Assembly: GCA_947259095.1 (NCBI GenBank)
Contig: CAMYLA010000005.1
Span: forward strand, 21,028 to 85,027
From: an uncultured Acidimicrobiaceae bacterium
GTDB lineage: Bacteria; Actinomycetota; Acidimicrobiia; Acidimicrobiales; SZUA-35
Length of the DNA: 64,000 nt
Direction: 5' to 3'
The notes under the pieces were generated by a model. It ran no database searches, was not told where the DNA came from, and saw only the letters and a list, made by a program, of their open reading frames with translations. Both the position numbers and the translations under genes were made by a program. Positions 27,858 to 37,523 of the stretch are shown here, in pieces; positions within the stretch are counted from its first letter, which is position 1; each line of letters starts with the position of its first letter.

Positions 27858-29956
27858 GCGGGCACCGGTTGCCACCCGATCCCGGCCGTGAGCCCGCCGG
27901 GCCGGCCGTCGACGGCGAGGCCCTTGCCGAACTGGCGGCCGAGCAGGCCTGGCTCGATCAGGCCCATCGGCATCTGGAGGCGATGCAGCAACGGTCGGTG
28001 CGGGCCCGGGAGATCGGCGATCGGGCCGTTCGCGACGAGGACACCGTCGATGCCAGGGTCGCCCGGTTTCACCTGAAACGGCGGGAGGAGGCGCTCCACG
28101 GCGGCCGAGGACCGCTGTGCTTCGGCCGGATCGACACCGACGACGGCGATCGGTGGTATGTCGGGCGTCGCCACGTGGAAGACGATGATGCGGCTCCGGT
28201 GGTTGTCGATTGGCGGGCGCCGGTCTCGGCCGCCTTCTACCGGGCCACCGCCGTCGACCCCTGCGGCCTCGACTTCCGGCGGCGGTTCAGCGTCGCCGAC
28301 GGCGAGATCGTGTCGATCTTCGACGAGGACCTCTCCGACCCCGAGAGCCTCGGTGCATCGGGCCTGCCGGATCCGCTGTTGGCCGAGCTGGAACGGTCTC
28401 GAAGCGGGCAGATGAGGGACATCGTGTCCACCATCGCCGCCGAGCAGGACATCATCATCCGAGCCCCCAGGGAGGAGTTGTTGATCGTCCAGGGTGGCCC
28501 CGGCACCGGGAAGACCGCGGTCGGACTCCACCGGGCGGCGTTCCTGCTGTTCCAGCACCGTGAGGACCTGATGGACAAAGAGGTGTTGGTGCTCGGCCCC
28601 AACCCGTTGTTCCTGCGCTACATCGCCGAGGTGTTGCCTTCGCTTGGCGAGACATCGGTTCGTCAGGCCACGCTCAGCGGGTTGTTCGCCGCCAAGTACC
28701 GGGTCCGGGCCGAGGAGTCCCCGGCGGTGGCGAGACTGAAGGGCGACAGCCGGATGGCGGCGGTGATCGAGGCGGCGATCCGGGCCAGGATCAAGGTGCC
28801 GGCCGACGGGCTGGAGGTTCGGTCCGGTCTGGCGGTTGTGAGGTTCAGCGCCGACGATCTGGAATCGATGGTCAAGACCGTCCTGTCACGGCGTCTCCCC
28901 ACCAATCAGGGCCGGGACGTCTTCCGCCGGATGGTCATCGCCGAGAGTTGGCGGCGGCACGCGGCCCGGATCGGTTCCGATTCGGGCACCGAGCCGGTGT
29001 TCGTGTCGGCGGTACGAGCCGACCGCTCCTTCATGGCGGCCATCGACAAGCTGTGGCCCAACCTCGGTGCACCGGCGATCGTCCGGGGTCTGCTGGGCTC
29101 GCCCCGTCGGCTGGCGGTGGCGGCCGACGGCATCCTCGGCGCCGACGAACAGCGCCTGCTCAAGCGCTCGTCGGCCAAGAAGGTGGCAGACGAATCATGG
29201 ACCGAGTCCGACCTGCCGTTGCTCGACGAAGCCGAGGCCCGCTGTGCCGGGCTGGCGGCCCGCTACGGCCATGTGGTGGTCGACGAGGCCCAGGACCTCT
29301 CGGCCATGGCGCTGCGGTTGGTCGGCCGCCGGGCCGACGGCGGGTCGATGACGGTCCTCGGTGATCTGGCCCAAGCCACCTCCCCCCAGGCCATCGGGTC
29401 CTGGTCGGCCGCGGTCGAGGCGCTGACCGAGACCGCCCCCGAGGTCGCGGTCCGCCACGCCGAACTGACGGTTGGCTATCGGGTCCCGGCGGCGATCCTC
29501 GATGTGGCAAATCGGCTACTGCCGTTTGCCGCTCCGACCGTGACTCCGGCCCGATCGGTTCGCCAGGGGGGCGAGCCGCCGCTGCTGTTGCAGGTCGACG
29601 ATGCCGGGCTGGCCGAGGCGGTGGTGGCCGAGGTGGGGGCGCTGCTGGAGCGAACGGTCAGCGTTGCCGTGGTGGCCGACGAGCAGCGGCTGGGCTCGGT
29701 CGAGTCGGCGTTGCACGATGCGGGGCTGGCGGTCGATCGTGTCGGCGGTGGCGGCCTGCCGGGAGCCGGCGCGGTCGCCCTGGTCACCCCCGGGGCGGTC
29801 AAGGGTCTGGAATTCGATGCGGTGGTGGTGATCGAGCCGGCGGCGATCGCCGAACTCGATTCCGGGCTGCGACATCTCTACGTTTCGATGACCCGGGCGG
29901 TCCAGCACCTCGGGGTCGTGCACACCAGACCACTGCCGGTCGAGCTCGACGGCTGA
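27854..29956 (+). CDS. helD: HelD-type (helicase IV-like, UvrD superfamily) RNA-polymerase-associated ATPase
   Basis: 700 aa: FGRIDTDDGDRWYVGRRHV..PVVVDWRAPVSAAFYRAT..IVQGGPGTGKTAVGLHRAAFLLF..VVVDEAQDLS..VKGLEFDAVVV. Confidence 0.85.
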   Translation: MSGHRLPPDPGREPAGPAVDGEALAELAAEQAWLDQAHRHLEAMQQRSVRAREIGDRAVRDEDTVDARVARFHLKRREEALHGGRGPLCFGRIDTDDGDRWYVGRRHVEDDDAAPVVVDWRAPVSAAFYRATAVDPCGLDFRRRFSVADGEIVSIFDEDLSDPESLGASGLPDPLLAELERSRSGQMRDIVSTIAAEQDIIIRAPREELLIVQGGPGTGKTAVGLHRAAFLLFQHREDLMDKEVLVLGPNPLFLRYIAEVLPSLGETSVRQATLSGLFAAKYRVRAEESPAVARLKGDSRMAAVIEAAIRARIKVPADGLEVRSGLAVVRFSADDLESMVKTVLSRRLPTNQGRDVFRRMVIAESWRRHAARIGSDSGTEPVFVSAVRADRSFMAAIDKLWPNLGAPAIVRGLLGSPRRLAVAADGILGADEQRLLKRSSAKKVADESWTESDLPLLDEAEARCAGLAARYGHVVVDEAQDLSAMALRLVGRRADGGSMTVLGDLAQATSPQAIGSWSAAVEALTETAPEVAVRHAELTVGYRVPAAILDVANRLLPFAAPTVTPARSVRQGGEPPLLLQVDDAGLAEAVVAEVGALLERTVSVAVVADEQRLGSVESALHDAGLAVDRVGGGGLPGAGAVALVTPGAVKGLEFDAVVVIEPAAIAELDSGLRHLYVSMTRAVQHLGVVHTRPLPVELDG

Positions 29957-29980
29957 GCCGTTCCGACCCAGACTGTCTCC

Positions 29981-30331
29981 ATGAAAGACAGTTTGCAGCC
30001 CGGACTCTCCAGCACCGCGACCTATCTCGTGACCGAGGACATGTCACCGCCTCATCTGCCGATGAAGGTGCTCTCCACGCCGGACATGATCGGCCTCATC
30101 GAACAGACCTGCCTGCTGCTGGCCCAGAAGCACCTCGACGAGGGCGAGACCACCGTTGGCATCCATGTCTGTGTCAGCCATGCGGCGGCCGCCGCAGCCG
30201 GCGAGGAGGTGGCGGTGGGCTGCGAGCTGACAGAACGGGACCGCAAGAAGCTGGTCTTCACCACCACCGTGACCTGTGGCGACAAGACCGTCTCGGAAGG
30301 CACCCACGATCGGTTTGTGGTCGGCGGCTGA
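29981..30331 (+). CDS. hotdog-fold thioesterase (FlK-like family)
   Basis: 116 aa: VLSTPDMIGLIEQTCLLLA..TVGIHVCVSHAAAA..GTHDRFVV. Thr/Glu/His sit at the positions of the FlK triad by eye. Confidence 0.75.
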   Translation: MKDSLQPGLSSTATYLVTEDMSPPHLPMKVLSTPDMIGLIEQTCLLLAQKHLDEGETTVGIHVCVSHAAAAAAGEEVAVGCELTERDRKKLVFTTTVTCGDKTVSEGTHDRFVVGG

Positions 30332-30343
30332 GGGTCCCGACGA

Positions 30344-30760
30344 TCAGTCCTGGGCCCGGGTGAACTGGTCGCTGCCGGCCATCAGCGCCAGCCACACATC
30401 GGCCTCGCCGTGAGCTTCGCGAACCGGTTGCGCCAGGTGCCAGAGGGTCACCAGCCGTTCACCGTGTTCGTCGTCGGCGATGTGGTGGCCGGACCACGAG
30501 GCGACCGAGCCCCGGCGGCCGAAGTCGACGCAGAACGACAGGGCCTCCCCCTCGGCGAATCCCACCAGATGGTAGGTGGACGAGGCATCGGGAACCCCGA
30601 CGCCGGTGTGGAAGGTGCCCTCGATGCGGTGATCGTCGCCGACGGTCAGCTCCATGGTCGAACCGAGTCGGTTGCGCCACCGGCCGGCCACCGCCGACGG
30701 TGTCTTCCTCGGACCCTTCTCGGGCCGTACCGCATCGGACAGGATCGTCTCCAGAAACAT
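30344..30760 (-). CDS. avidin/streptavidin-fold protein without a signal peptide
   Basis: ATG at 30760 preceded by GAGGGAA. VAGRWRNRLGSTMELTV..GTFHTGVG..YHLVGF..ALSFCVDF..ASWSGHH..LVTLWHLA..DVWLALMAGSDQFTR aligns by eye along the whole streptavidin core (GTWYNQLGSTFIVT..GTYESAVG..YVLTGR..ALGWTVAW..TTWSGQY..INTQWLLT..NAWKSTLVGHDTFTK). Confidence 0.7.
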   Translation of the reverse strand: MFLETILSDAVRPEKGPRKTPSAVAGRWRNRLGSTMELTVGDDHRIEGTFHTGVGVPDASSTYHLVGFAEGEALSFCVDFGRRGSVASWSGHHIADDEHGERLVTLWHLAQPVREAHGEADVWLALMAGSDQFTRAQD

Positions 30761-30860
30761 TGGTTCCCTCGCCGGTTGTCGTACCAGCATGGTGACGCCC
30801 TCGGCCGGTGTCGGCCAAGGGACCAAAGCCCTTCTTTGATCCAACCGGCCGGCCGCCGGG

Positions 30861-32960
30861 TCAGATGTCGAGCAGGTCCTGGTCGATGAGGCTGGAGTTC
30901 GAGACGATGTAGTCCTTGCGGGTGGCCACGTCGTTGCCCATCAGCACCTCGAAGAGTCGAGATGCCTTCTCGGCCTGCCGGCCATCGCTCATTCCCATGC
31001 GTTTGAGCACCCGGGTCTCCCGGTTGAGGGTGGTCTCGGCCAGCTCCTCCACATTCATCTCGCCCAGGCCCTTGAACCGCTTCCACTTGTCGAACGGGAC
31101 GCCGAGGTCCTCGCTCAGCGTTGCCCGTTCCTGCTCGTCGTAGGCGTAGACCAGTTCGCCCTTGTGTTTCGTTGCGAACAGCGGTGGCTGGGCCGCATAG
31201 ACCATGCCGTGCTCCAGGAGTGGCCGCATGTGGTGATAGATCAGGGTCAGCAGCAGACACCGGATGTGGCTGCCGTCCACGTCGGCGTCGCAGAGGATGA
31301 TGATCCGGCCATAGCGGGCGTCGGCCACGTCGAAGTCCCTCCCCGAACCGGCGCCGATGGCGGTGATCAGGGCCTGGGCCTCGGTGTTCTCGATGACCTG
31401 CTTGAGGCTGGCCTTGCCGGCGTTGACCACCTTGCCCCGCAGCGGCAGCACGGCCATCGTCTCCGAATCCCGACCCTGCTTTGCCGGCCCGGCCGCCGAG
31501 TTGCCCTCGACGATCAGCAGTTCCGAATCCATCCCGTGGACCCGGCAGTCCGCCAGCTTGTCCGGCATGCCGGTGGAGGTGAGGGTCGCCGCCTTGCGCC
31601 TGGCATCGAGCTGCTGCTTGGCCGCCACCCGGGTGATCACGGCCTGGGTCATCTTCTCCCGGAGGGCGTTGATCTGTGACTTCTTGCCGCCGCCGGACAC
31701 CCAGTCTGCGAATCCTGACTTGACCGTCTCATAGACCAGGTTCTGGATTGCCGGGGTGCCAAGCTCCTGTTTGGTCTGGCCCTTGAACTGTGGTTCCGGC
31801 ACCGTGACCTTGACCGCCGCCACCAGACCCTCCTGGATGTCGGACGGGGTCGCCCGGTCGTTGCCCTGCTTCGCCAGCTTCTTGAGCTTCTTGGTCTCGG
31901 CCAGGAGCTGCTCGTTTGCCACCCTCGACAGGGCCCGTTCGAAGCCGGCCACATGGGTGCCGCCGTCGCTGGTGGGAATGGTGTTGACGAAGCTGACGAT
32001 GGTGGTGTCGAACCCCTTGACCCAGCGGGCGGCCACGTCGATGGTGCAGGGCCGGGTGACGGTGCTCATCTTGCCGTTCACCGGCACCTTCTCCTCGAAG
32101 GTCGCCTCGTCGTGGATGGTCATGATGTCGGTCACGGTCTCGCCGATCGACAGGTAGTCGACGTAGTCGGCCAGGCCACCGTTTGCCACGAACGTCTCCG
32201 GTTTTTGGCCGGTGCCCCGCTTGTCGTGCAGCTTGATCTGCAGCCCGGGAACCAGGAAACAAACCCGGGCCACATGGTCCCGAACCTGTTCGTAGTCGAT
32301 GCGGGCTTCGGCGTCGAACACGTCGAGGTCGGGCCAGAACCGAACCCTGGTGCCGGATCGGCTGGCCGGGATCTTGCGGACCTGCACCAGCTTGGACGTC
32401 GGCTTGAACTTCCCCGAGGACAGGTAGTTGCCCGGTTCCCGCTCCAGGAACACCAGCCGGTGGGTGGCCCCGTCACGATCGACCTCGGCCACCAGCTTCG
32501 ACGACAGGGCGTTGACCACCGAGGCCCCGACGCCGTGGAGGCCACCGGAGGCGCTGTAGGCCCCGGAGCCGAACTTGCCACCGGCGTGGAGCTCGGTGAA
32601 CACCACCTCCAGTGCGGTACGACCGTCGGACTTGCGGCCGATGGGGATGCCCCGGCCGTCGTCTGTGACCTCGATCGAGCCGTCCTTGTGCAGCACCACG
32701 TCGATATTGGAGGCGAAACCGGCCGCTGCCTCGTCCACGCCGTTGTCGATGATCTCCCACACCAGGTGGTGGAGGCCTTCGGTTCCGGTGCCGCCGATGT
32801 ACATGCCGGGGCGCTTACGAACCGCTTCCAGCCCCTCGAGGACCTCGATCTTGGACTGGTCGTAGTCGCTCGAGCCCCTGCTGCCTGCCTTGCGGGCCGG
32901 GGCTTTCCTGCTCGTTGCCTTCTTGGCCGTCTTGCCGGTCGTCGATTTTTTGGCTGACAT
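30861..32960 (-). CDS. parE: type IIA topoisomerase ATPase subunit (ParE/GyrB family, topo IV-like) with Lys-rich N-terminal tail
   Basis: ATG at 32960: MSAKKSTTGKTAKKATSRKAP..VLEGLEAVRKRPGMYIGGTG..GLHHLVWEIIDNGVDEA..ELLIVEGNSAAG..PLRGKVVN.. Confidence 0.88.
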   Translation of the reverse strand: MSAKKSTTGKTAKKATSRKAPARKAGSRGSSDYDQSKIEVLEGLEAVRKRPGMYIGGTGTEGLHHLVWEIIDNGVDEAAAGFASNIDVVLHKDGSIEVTDDGRGIPIGRKSDGRTALEVVFTELHAGGKFGSGAYSASGGLHGVGASVVNALSSKLVAEVDRDGATHRLVFLEREPGNYLSSGKFKPTSKLVQVRKIPASRSGTRVRFWPDLDVFDAEARIDYEQVRDHVARVCFLVPGLQIKLHDKRGTGQKPETFVANGGLADYVDYLSIGETVTDIMTIHDEATFEEKVPVNGKMSTVTRPCTIDVAARWVKGFDTTIVSFVNTIPTSDGGTHVAGFERALSRVANEQLLAETKKLKKLAKQGNDRATPSDIQEGLVAAVKVTVPEPQFKGQTKQELGTPAIQNLVYETVKSGFADWVSGGGKKSQINALREKMTQAVITRVAAKQQLDARRKAATLTSTGMPDKLADCRVHGMDSELLIVEGNSAAGPAKQGRDSETMAVLPLRGKVVNAGKASLKQVIENTEAQALITAIGAGSGRDFDVADARYGRIIILCDADVDGSHIRCLLLTLIYHHMRPLLEHGMVYAAQPPLFATKHKGELVYAYDEQERATLSEDLGVPFDKWKRFKGLGEMNVEELAETTLNRETRVLKRMGMSDGRQAEKASRLFEVLMGNDVATRKDYIVSNSSLIDQDLLDI

Positions 32961-32965
32961 GTTGC

Positions 32966-35377
32966 TCACCACCGAAGGGATCCGATGCCGAGGATACGGC
33001 GTTCGGTGGCGGTGGCGACCCCGTCTCGTCTCGTCGGTCGCAGCTTCAGAGGCTGGGGTGCGTTGTCGGGTTTCGTCGCCGAATCGGGCTGACCGACCAC
33101 ACACATGGTCCGTTCGATGGGGCCGATCCAGGCGAAGTCGATGCGGGTCTCGTCCTTGAATCTGGTGATGCGGACCCCGCCGGTGCCCCGACCCTTGCTG
33201 GGGATCTCCTCGGCCGAGGTGGCCTTGGCGGTGCCGGTGTCGGTGATCGACACGACGACCGCATCGGCATCGGCCGGTCCGGCCCCGACCACCCGGGCCG
33301 TGCCCTTGAGCTTGAGACCGGCAACCCCCTTTGCCGCCGGCCCCTGGATGCTGATGCCGGCCACCGGCGTCCGCAGCGCCTGGGCGTCGGACGCCACGAT
33401 GACCAGCTCCTCATCCTCGGCGGCGGCAAAGGCCGCCACCACCCGATCGCCGGGGGCGAGCTTCATGATCGGCCGACCGCTTCGGAGCGCACCGAGGGCC
33501 TGGCGTTCGAGACGCTTCGCCATGCCCTGGGCGGTGATCACCACGATCGCCTCCCCGGACGGGCCGGCGATGTGCAGCACCGAATCGCCCCGATCGGCGG
33601 CGAAGGCCTCGCCGACCGTCTTGCCCCGACTGCGGCCGCCGACCTCCGGGACGTCTGCGGCGTTGAGCTTCAACACCTTGCCGGCCGAGGTGATGGCCAG
33701 CACCGGCTGGCGGAGCGACGTGGTGACGACGGCCTGGATCACATCGTGGCGGGAGGGGCTGTAGCTCTTGGCGGTGCCGGTGGGTTCCCTGCCGACCAGG
33801 CCCGAGGCGGTGAGGCTGATGACGCAGGGGTCATCGGGGAGATCGGCCACGATCTGTTCTTCGAGGGTGGCCAGGTCCGGCACGTCGCCCCCGCTGATGA
33901 TCTTGGTCCGACGGTCGTAGCCGTACTTGTCGACCATCTCCGCCAGCTCGTTCAACACCATGGTCCGTTGCCGCTGCTCCGAGCCGAGGATCTTCTGCAG
34001 CGCGGCGATCGTGGTCAGCAGGGTCTTTCGCTCCTCCACCAACTCGTCGTAGGCCAGTGCGGTCAGTCGCCGTAGCCGGAGATCGAGCACGTACTCCGCC
34101 TGCAGCTCGCTGAGCTCCAGCCGCTCCATCAGCTTGGCCTTGGCATCGCCATAGTTCTCCGAGCCGCGGATGATGGCAACCACCTCGTCGATGTTGTCAA
34201 TGGCGATCAGCAGCCCGTCGACGAGATGCAGCCGTTCCTCGGCCTTTCGGAGCCGGAACTCGGTCCGTCTGACGACCACGTCGAGGCGGTGGTTGACGTA
34301 GTGCAGGCACAGGTCGTAGAGCCCGAGGGTGGTCGGCACGCCGTTCACCAGCACCACGTTGTTGATGCCGAAGGTCTCCTCCAGCGGGGTCAGCCGGTAC
34401 AGCTGCTGCAGGAGCACGTCGGGGTTGATACCGGTCTTGCACTCGACGACCAGCTTGAGGCCGGACTTGCGGTCCGACAGGTTCTTCACGTCGCTGATAC
34501 CGGTCAACCGGTTGGCGCCGACCAGATCCTTGATCTTTGCGATCACCCGCTCCGGCCCGACCAGATAGGGCAGCTCGGTGATCTCCAGGCCCTTGCGGGA
34601 CCGGGTGATGTTGACGATCTCGGCCTTGGCCCGGATCCTGATGGTGCCTCGACCGGTTTCGTACGCCTCTCGGATGCCGTCGTCGATCACGCTGCCGCCG
34701 GATGGGAAGTCGGGTCCTGGAACCTTGGCCATCAGCTCGTCGATGGTCGGTTTCGGCCGGCGCTTGGTCATGACCAGCTTGATCGCCTCGAAGATCTCAC
34801 CCAGGTTGTGGGTCGGCATGTTGGTGGCCATGCCGACCGCAATGCCGGACGTGCCGTTGACCAGGAGGTTGGGCAGCAACGCCGGCAGGTAGACCGGTTC
34901 TTCGGTCTCGCCGTCGTAGGTCGGGCGGAACTCGACGGTCTCCTCGTCGATCTCGCCCAGGAGGTCAAGGGCGGCCGGGGTCAGCCGGCACTCGGTGTAG
35001 CGATAGGCGGCAGGGGGATCGTCGAGGCTGCCGAAGTTCCCCTGCGGATCGACCAGTGTCACCGGCTTTGCGAAGTCCTGGCCGAGGCGGACCAGGGTGT
35101 CGTAGATGGCGCCGTCGCCATGGGGATGGAACTTTGCCATCACATCGCCGACCACGTGGGCACACTTGCGGTGGGGCCGGTCCGGGAACAACCGCATCTC
35201 CCGCATCGAATACAGGATCCGGCGCTGGACCGGCTTCAACCCGTCCCGCACGTCGGGGATGGCCCGGGACGTGATGACCGACAGGGAATAGGCGAGGAAC
35301 GACTCACCGAGTTCTTCATCAACCGGCACGTCGACGACCTCCCGAGCAAAGGGAAGCAGTTCGCCTTGTGATGCCAT
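32966..35377 (-). CDS. parC: type IIA topoisomerase DNA-cleavage subunit (ParC/GyrA family, topo IV-like; no GyrA-box seen)
   Basis: ATG at 35377 preceded by GAAAGGAA: [62 protein letters not shown] could not find a QRRGGKG-type GyrA box at the start of the C-terminal domain. Confidence 0.85.
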   Translation of the reverse strand: MASQGELLPFAREVVDVPVDEELGESFLAYSLSVITSRAIPDVRDGLKPVQRRILYSMREMRLFPDRPHRKCAHVVGDVMAKFHPHGDGAIYDTLVRLGQDFAKPVTLVDPQGNFGSLDDPPAAYRYTECRLTPAALDLLGEIDEETVEFRPTYDGETEEPVYLPALLPNLLVNGTSGIAVGMATNMPTHNLGEIFEAIKLVMTKRRPKPTIDELMAKVPGPDFPSGGSVIDDGIREAYETGRGTIRIRAKAEIVNITRSRKGLEITELPYLVGPERVIAKIKDLVGANRLTGISDVKNLSDRKSGLKLVVECKTGINPDVLLQQLYRLTPLEETFGINNVVLVNGVPTTLGLYDLCLHYVNHRLDVVVRRTEFRLRKAEERLHLVDGLLIAIDNIDEVVAIIRGSENYGDAKAKLMERLELSELQAEYVLDLRLRRLTALAYDELVEERKTLLTTIAALQKILGSEQRQRTMVLNELAEMVDKYGYDRRTKIISGGDVPDLATLEEQIVADLPDDPCVISLTASGLVGREPTGTAKSYSPSRHDVIQAVVTTSLRQPVLAITSAGKVLKLNAADVPEVGGRSRGKTVGEAFAADRGDSVLHIAGPSGEAIVVITAQGMAKRLERQALGALRSGRPIMKLAPGDRVVAAFAAAEDEELVIVASDAQALRTPVAGISIQGPAAKGVAGLKLKGTARVVGAGPADADAVVVSITDTGTAKATSAEEIPSKGRGTGGVRITRFKDETRIDFAWIGPIERTMCVVGQPDSATKPDNAPQPLKLRPTRRDGVATATERRILGIGSLRW

Positions 35378-35648
35378 TGGTTCCTTTCTGGAATCCGGTG
35401 ATCGTGTGGAGTCCGGTGATCGCTGCGAGGCGGTACGGGGCGGTCGACAGCCCCGCCGGGAGCGGGTTGCTGCGTACGCCGGTCTGGCCGCGTCGCCACG
35501 AGGTCGCTGCTCGTCGCTGCAGAACCCTCCTACAGATGATGGCCGGAAATCAGTGAGAAATGGTGGCAATCGCCGACGAATCGTCCCGCCGACCACCGTA
35601 GGGCCCGGCGTCGCACCTGCTTCGGGTTCGAGGACCTACGCTGGGGAG

Positions 35649-36623
35649 GTGGCGCCCGGTCGTGACGAGCTGAAGAAGAAGTTGCAGGACGCCGGCGACG
35701 CCGTCCGGACCGCAGCCGCCGACCGCGGCCTCGAGGGCAGGATCAAGGATCGGCCCCGGTCGAGACAGGTCCGCTCGCTGGCCGCGATCCAGGCCGACCT
35801 GGACCGGCTGGTCGGTCTGGACTCGGTCAAGGAGCAGGTTCGAACCCAGATCGCCTTCCTCCAGATCCAGGGCAGGAGACGGGAGCACGGGTTGGCCGAG
35901 GTGCCAACCAGCCACCACATGGCCTTCCTCGGCAATCCCGGTACCGGCAAGACCACCGTGGCCCGGTTGATGGCCGAGATGTACCAGTCGATCGGCCTGC
36001 TGAAGAAAGGCCATCTGGTCGAGGTCGATCGAGCCGGCCTGGTCGGCCAGTACGTCGGCCATACCGCATCGAAGACCAATCGGGCGGTCCGCAAGGCCCT
36101 CGACGGTGTGCTGTTCATCGACGAGGCCTACGCCTTGGCCCCGGAGGGCATCGGTCGCAACGACTTCGGTGCCGAGGCCATCGAGACGCTGATCAAGCGG
36201 ATGGAGGACCACCGGGAACGGTTGGTGGTGATCGTGGCCGGGTACCCGAAGCTGATGGAGCGATTCCTGCAGTCCAATCCCGGCCTTCGTTCCCGATTCG
36301 CCAGGGAGATCGATTTTCCCGACTACACCACGGCCGAACTGGTGGAGATCATTGCCGTGATCGCAGCCGAGGCCGACTACCGGCTGGAGCCGGAAGGGCT
36401 GGCGACGGTGGAGAAGATCTTCCAGCGGGTCGAACGGGCCCCCGGGTTCGGAAACGCCCGCTACGCCAGGACGCTGTTCGAGCAGGCAATCAATCGCCAG
36501 GCGTTCCGGCTGGCGGCCCGCAGCGACGTGGCTCGGCTCGACCGCACCGAGGTGTCGATCGTGTCGAACGACGACCTGCTCGAGGCCGCCGGCCTGCTCG
36601 ACGGAGGCAATGCGGCGATCTGA
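35649..36623 (+). CDS. AAA+ ATPase of the CbbX/SpoVK/EccA-like group
   Basis: [58 protein letters not shown]. The start is uncertain: GTG at 35649 was chosen, and the ORF is open from 35406. Confidence 0.8.
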   Translation: MAPGRDELKKKLQDAGDAVRTAAADRGLEGRIKDRPRSRQVRSLAAIQADLDRLVGLDSVKEQVRTQIAFLQIQGRRREHGLAEVPTSHHMAFLGNPGTGKTTVARLMAEMYQSIGLLKKGHLVEVDRAGLVGQYVGHTASKTNRAVRKALDGVLFIDEAYALAPEGIGRNDFGAEAIETLIKRMEDHRERLVVIVAGYPKLMERFLQSNPGLRSRFAREIDFPDYTTAELVEIIAVIAAEADYRLEPEGLATVEKIFQRVERAPGFGNARYARTLFEQAINRQAFRLAARSDVARLDRTEVSIVSNDDLLEAAGLLDGGNAAI

Positions 36624-37124
36624 GCCGGCATGGGTGTGGGCGGGGCTTCGCTCCGAGTCGGGGTCGCCGGGTCGGGCCGGCCCGATGGGGCTCGGCACGC
36701 CGACCTCGGCGGTCTGAGTCGACGCCAGTGGGATTGGAAAGGCGGACTCAGGCGAGTTGAGAACGAGGTGATTGGCCGCCGGTCCGCATACAACGATGCG
36801 ACGGCGGCGAGTTGTCCGGGTGGGGTAGCACCGGGCCGTCAACGGGACCGGTGGGGTGCTTCATGCGGGACGAGGGACGTCTCCCGGCGTGGCGAACTGC
36901 ACCGCGCCGGGAGACACCTTTCCCGAGTCGCCCTCTAGAACAGGGGGACCGCGCCTTCATTGCATGGGTTTCGCCGAGTACCTCGGCGAGCAAGCACTAC
37001 CTTTGCACATGGCTTCTGTCGTGTTGCCACGACAGTCACGCCACCGATACGCCCGTGCCAGGCGCTGTTCACGAAGGAACGGTCGGCGGTGAGGAACGAC
37101 GACGCTTCGGCGTCGGGGAGACGG

Positions 37125-37361
37125 CTAGCGCCGTCTGCGACGACGCTGGGCGTCGATCTTGCGGGCCGACTTGACCACGGTGTTCAACCGTTGGCCAAGC
37201 TGTTCATGGCTCAGTGCGGCGTCCAGATTGAGCTCTGGAGCGAGCGCTTCAAGAATTGCGCTCACGCTGACACCTTGCTCAGCGGCGAATCCATGCCAAT
37301 GATCGTGAGCATCGTCGCTCACGTAGGCATGGAGGGCTTTCCGACCATTGTCATCAGACAT
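37125..37361 (-). CDS. small ribbon-helix-helix-like protein with poly-Arg C-terminal tail
   Basis: 78 aa: MSDDNGRKALHAYVSDDAHDHWHGFAAEQGVSVSAILEALAPEL..KIDAQRRRRRR. It shows a strand-helix-helix pattern like CopG/Arc proteins. An SD (AAAGGTGA) precedes the ATG. It sits at the edge of a lower-GC stretch. Confidence 0.55.
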   Translation of the reverse strand: MSDDNGRKALHAYVSDDAHDHWHGFAAEQGVSVSAILEALAPELNLDAALSHEQLGQRLNTVVKSARKIDAQRRRRRR

Positions 37362-37494
37362 TAAAGGGTCACCTTTGTTTTTCAGTGCGGCGGTTTACTG
37401 CCTCGATGCGGCGGGGGCCAAGAAGCCAAGCTTGCATAGCGAATGCGGCGGTGCTTGTGTGCTCTGCCCCCAAGGCATTGATTCAGCGTCTTGG

Positions 37495-37523
37495 ACATTA
37501 GCGGCCCATACGATCAATCTCAA
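37495..37523 (-). promoter_or_regulatory. candidate promoter for the small RHH-like gene (-35 TTGAGA, 17 nt, -10 TAATGT)
   Basis: Plus strand ACATTA at 37495-37500 and TCTCAA at 37518-37523. It implies a leader of about 125 nt. Confidence 0.25.

Noticed and set aside
25928-29956. The nuclease-fold protein, membrane protein and UvrD-like helicase read as a phage-defence system (Gabija/Hachiman-like)
   Set aside because: The helicase has the diagnostic HelD N-terminal region (FGRID..YVGRRHV..VDWRAP.S..FY), so it belongs to the RNA-polymerase-associated HelD family. There is no OLD/TOPRIM or HamA-like partner.
30861-35377. Calling the topoisomerase pair DNA gyrase (gyrB/gyrA)
   Set aside because: The gene order is A then B, the pair is away from any dnaA/dnaN context, and I could not find a GyrA-box at the start of the A-subunit C-terminal domain. 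A ParC/ParE-type (topo IV-like) assignment is more likely, though it is unproven without phylogeny.
36736-36752. GGAAAGGCGGACTCAGG, superficially like the GGAAAGTCCGG core of bacterial RNase P RNA
   Set aside because: It matches only part of the P4 consensus. I could not find the other universally conserved RNase P segments nearby on either strand.
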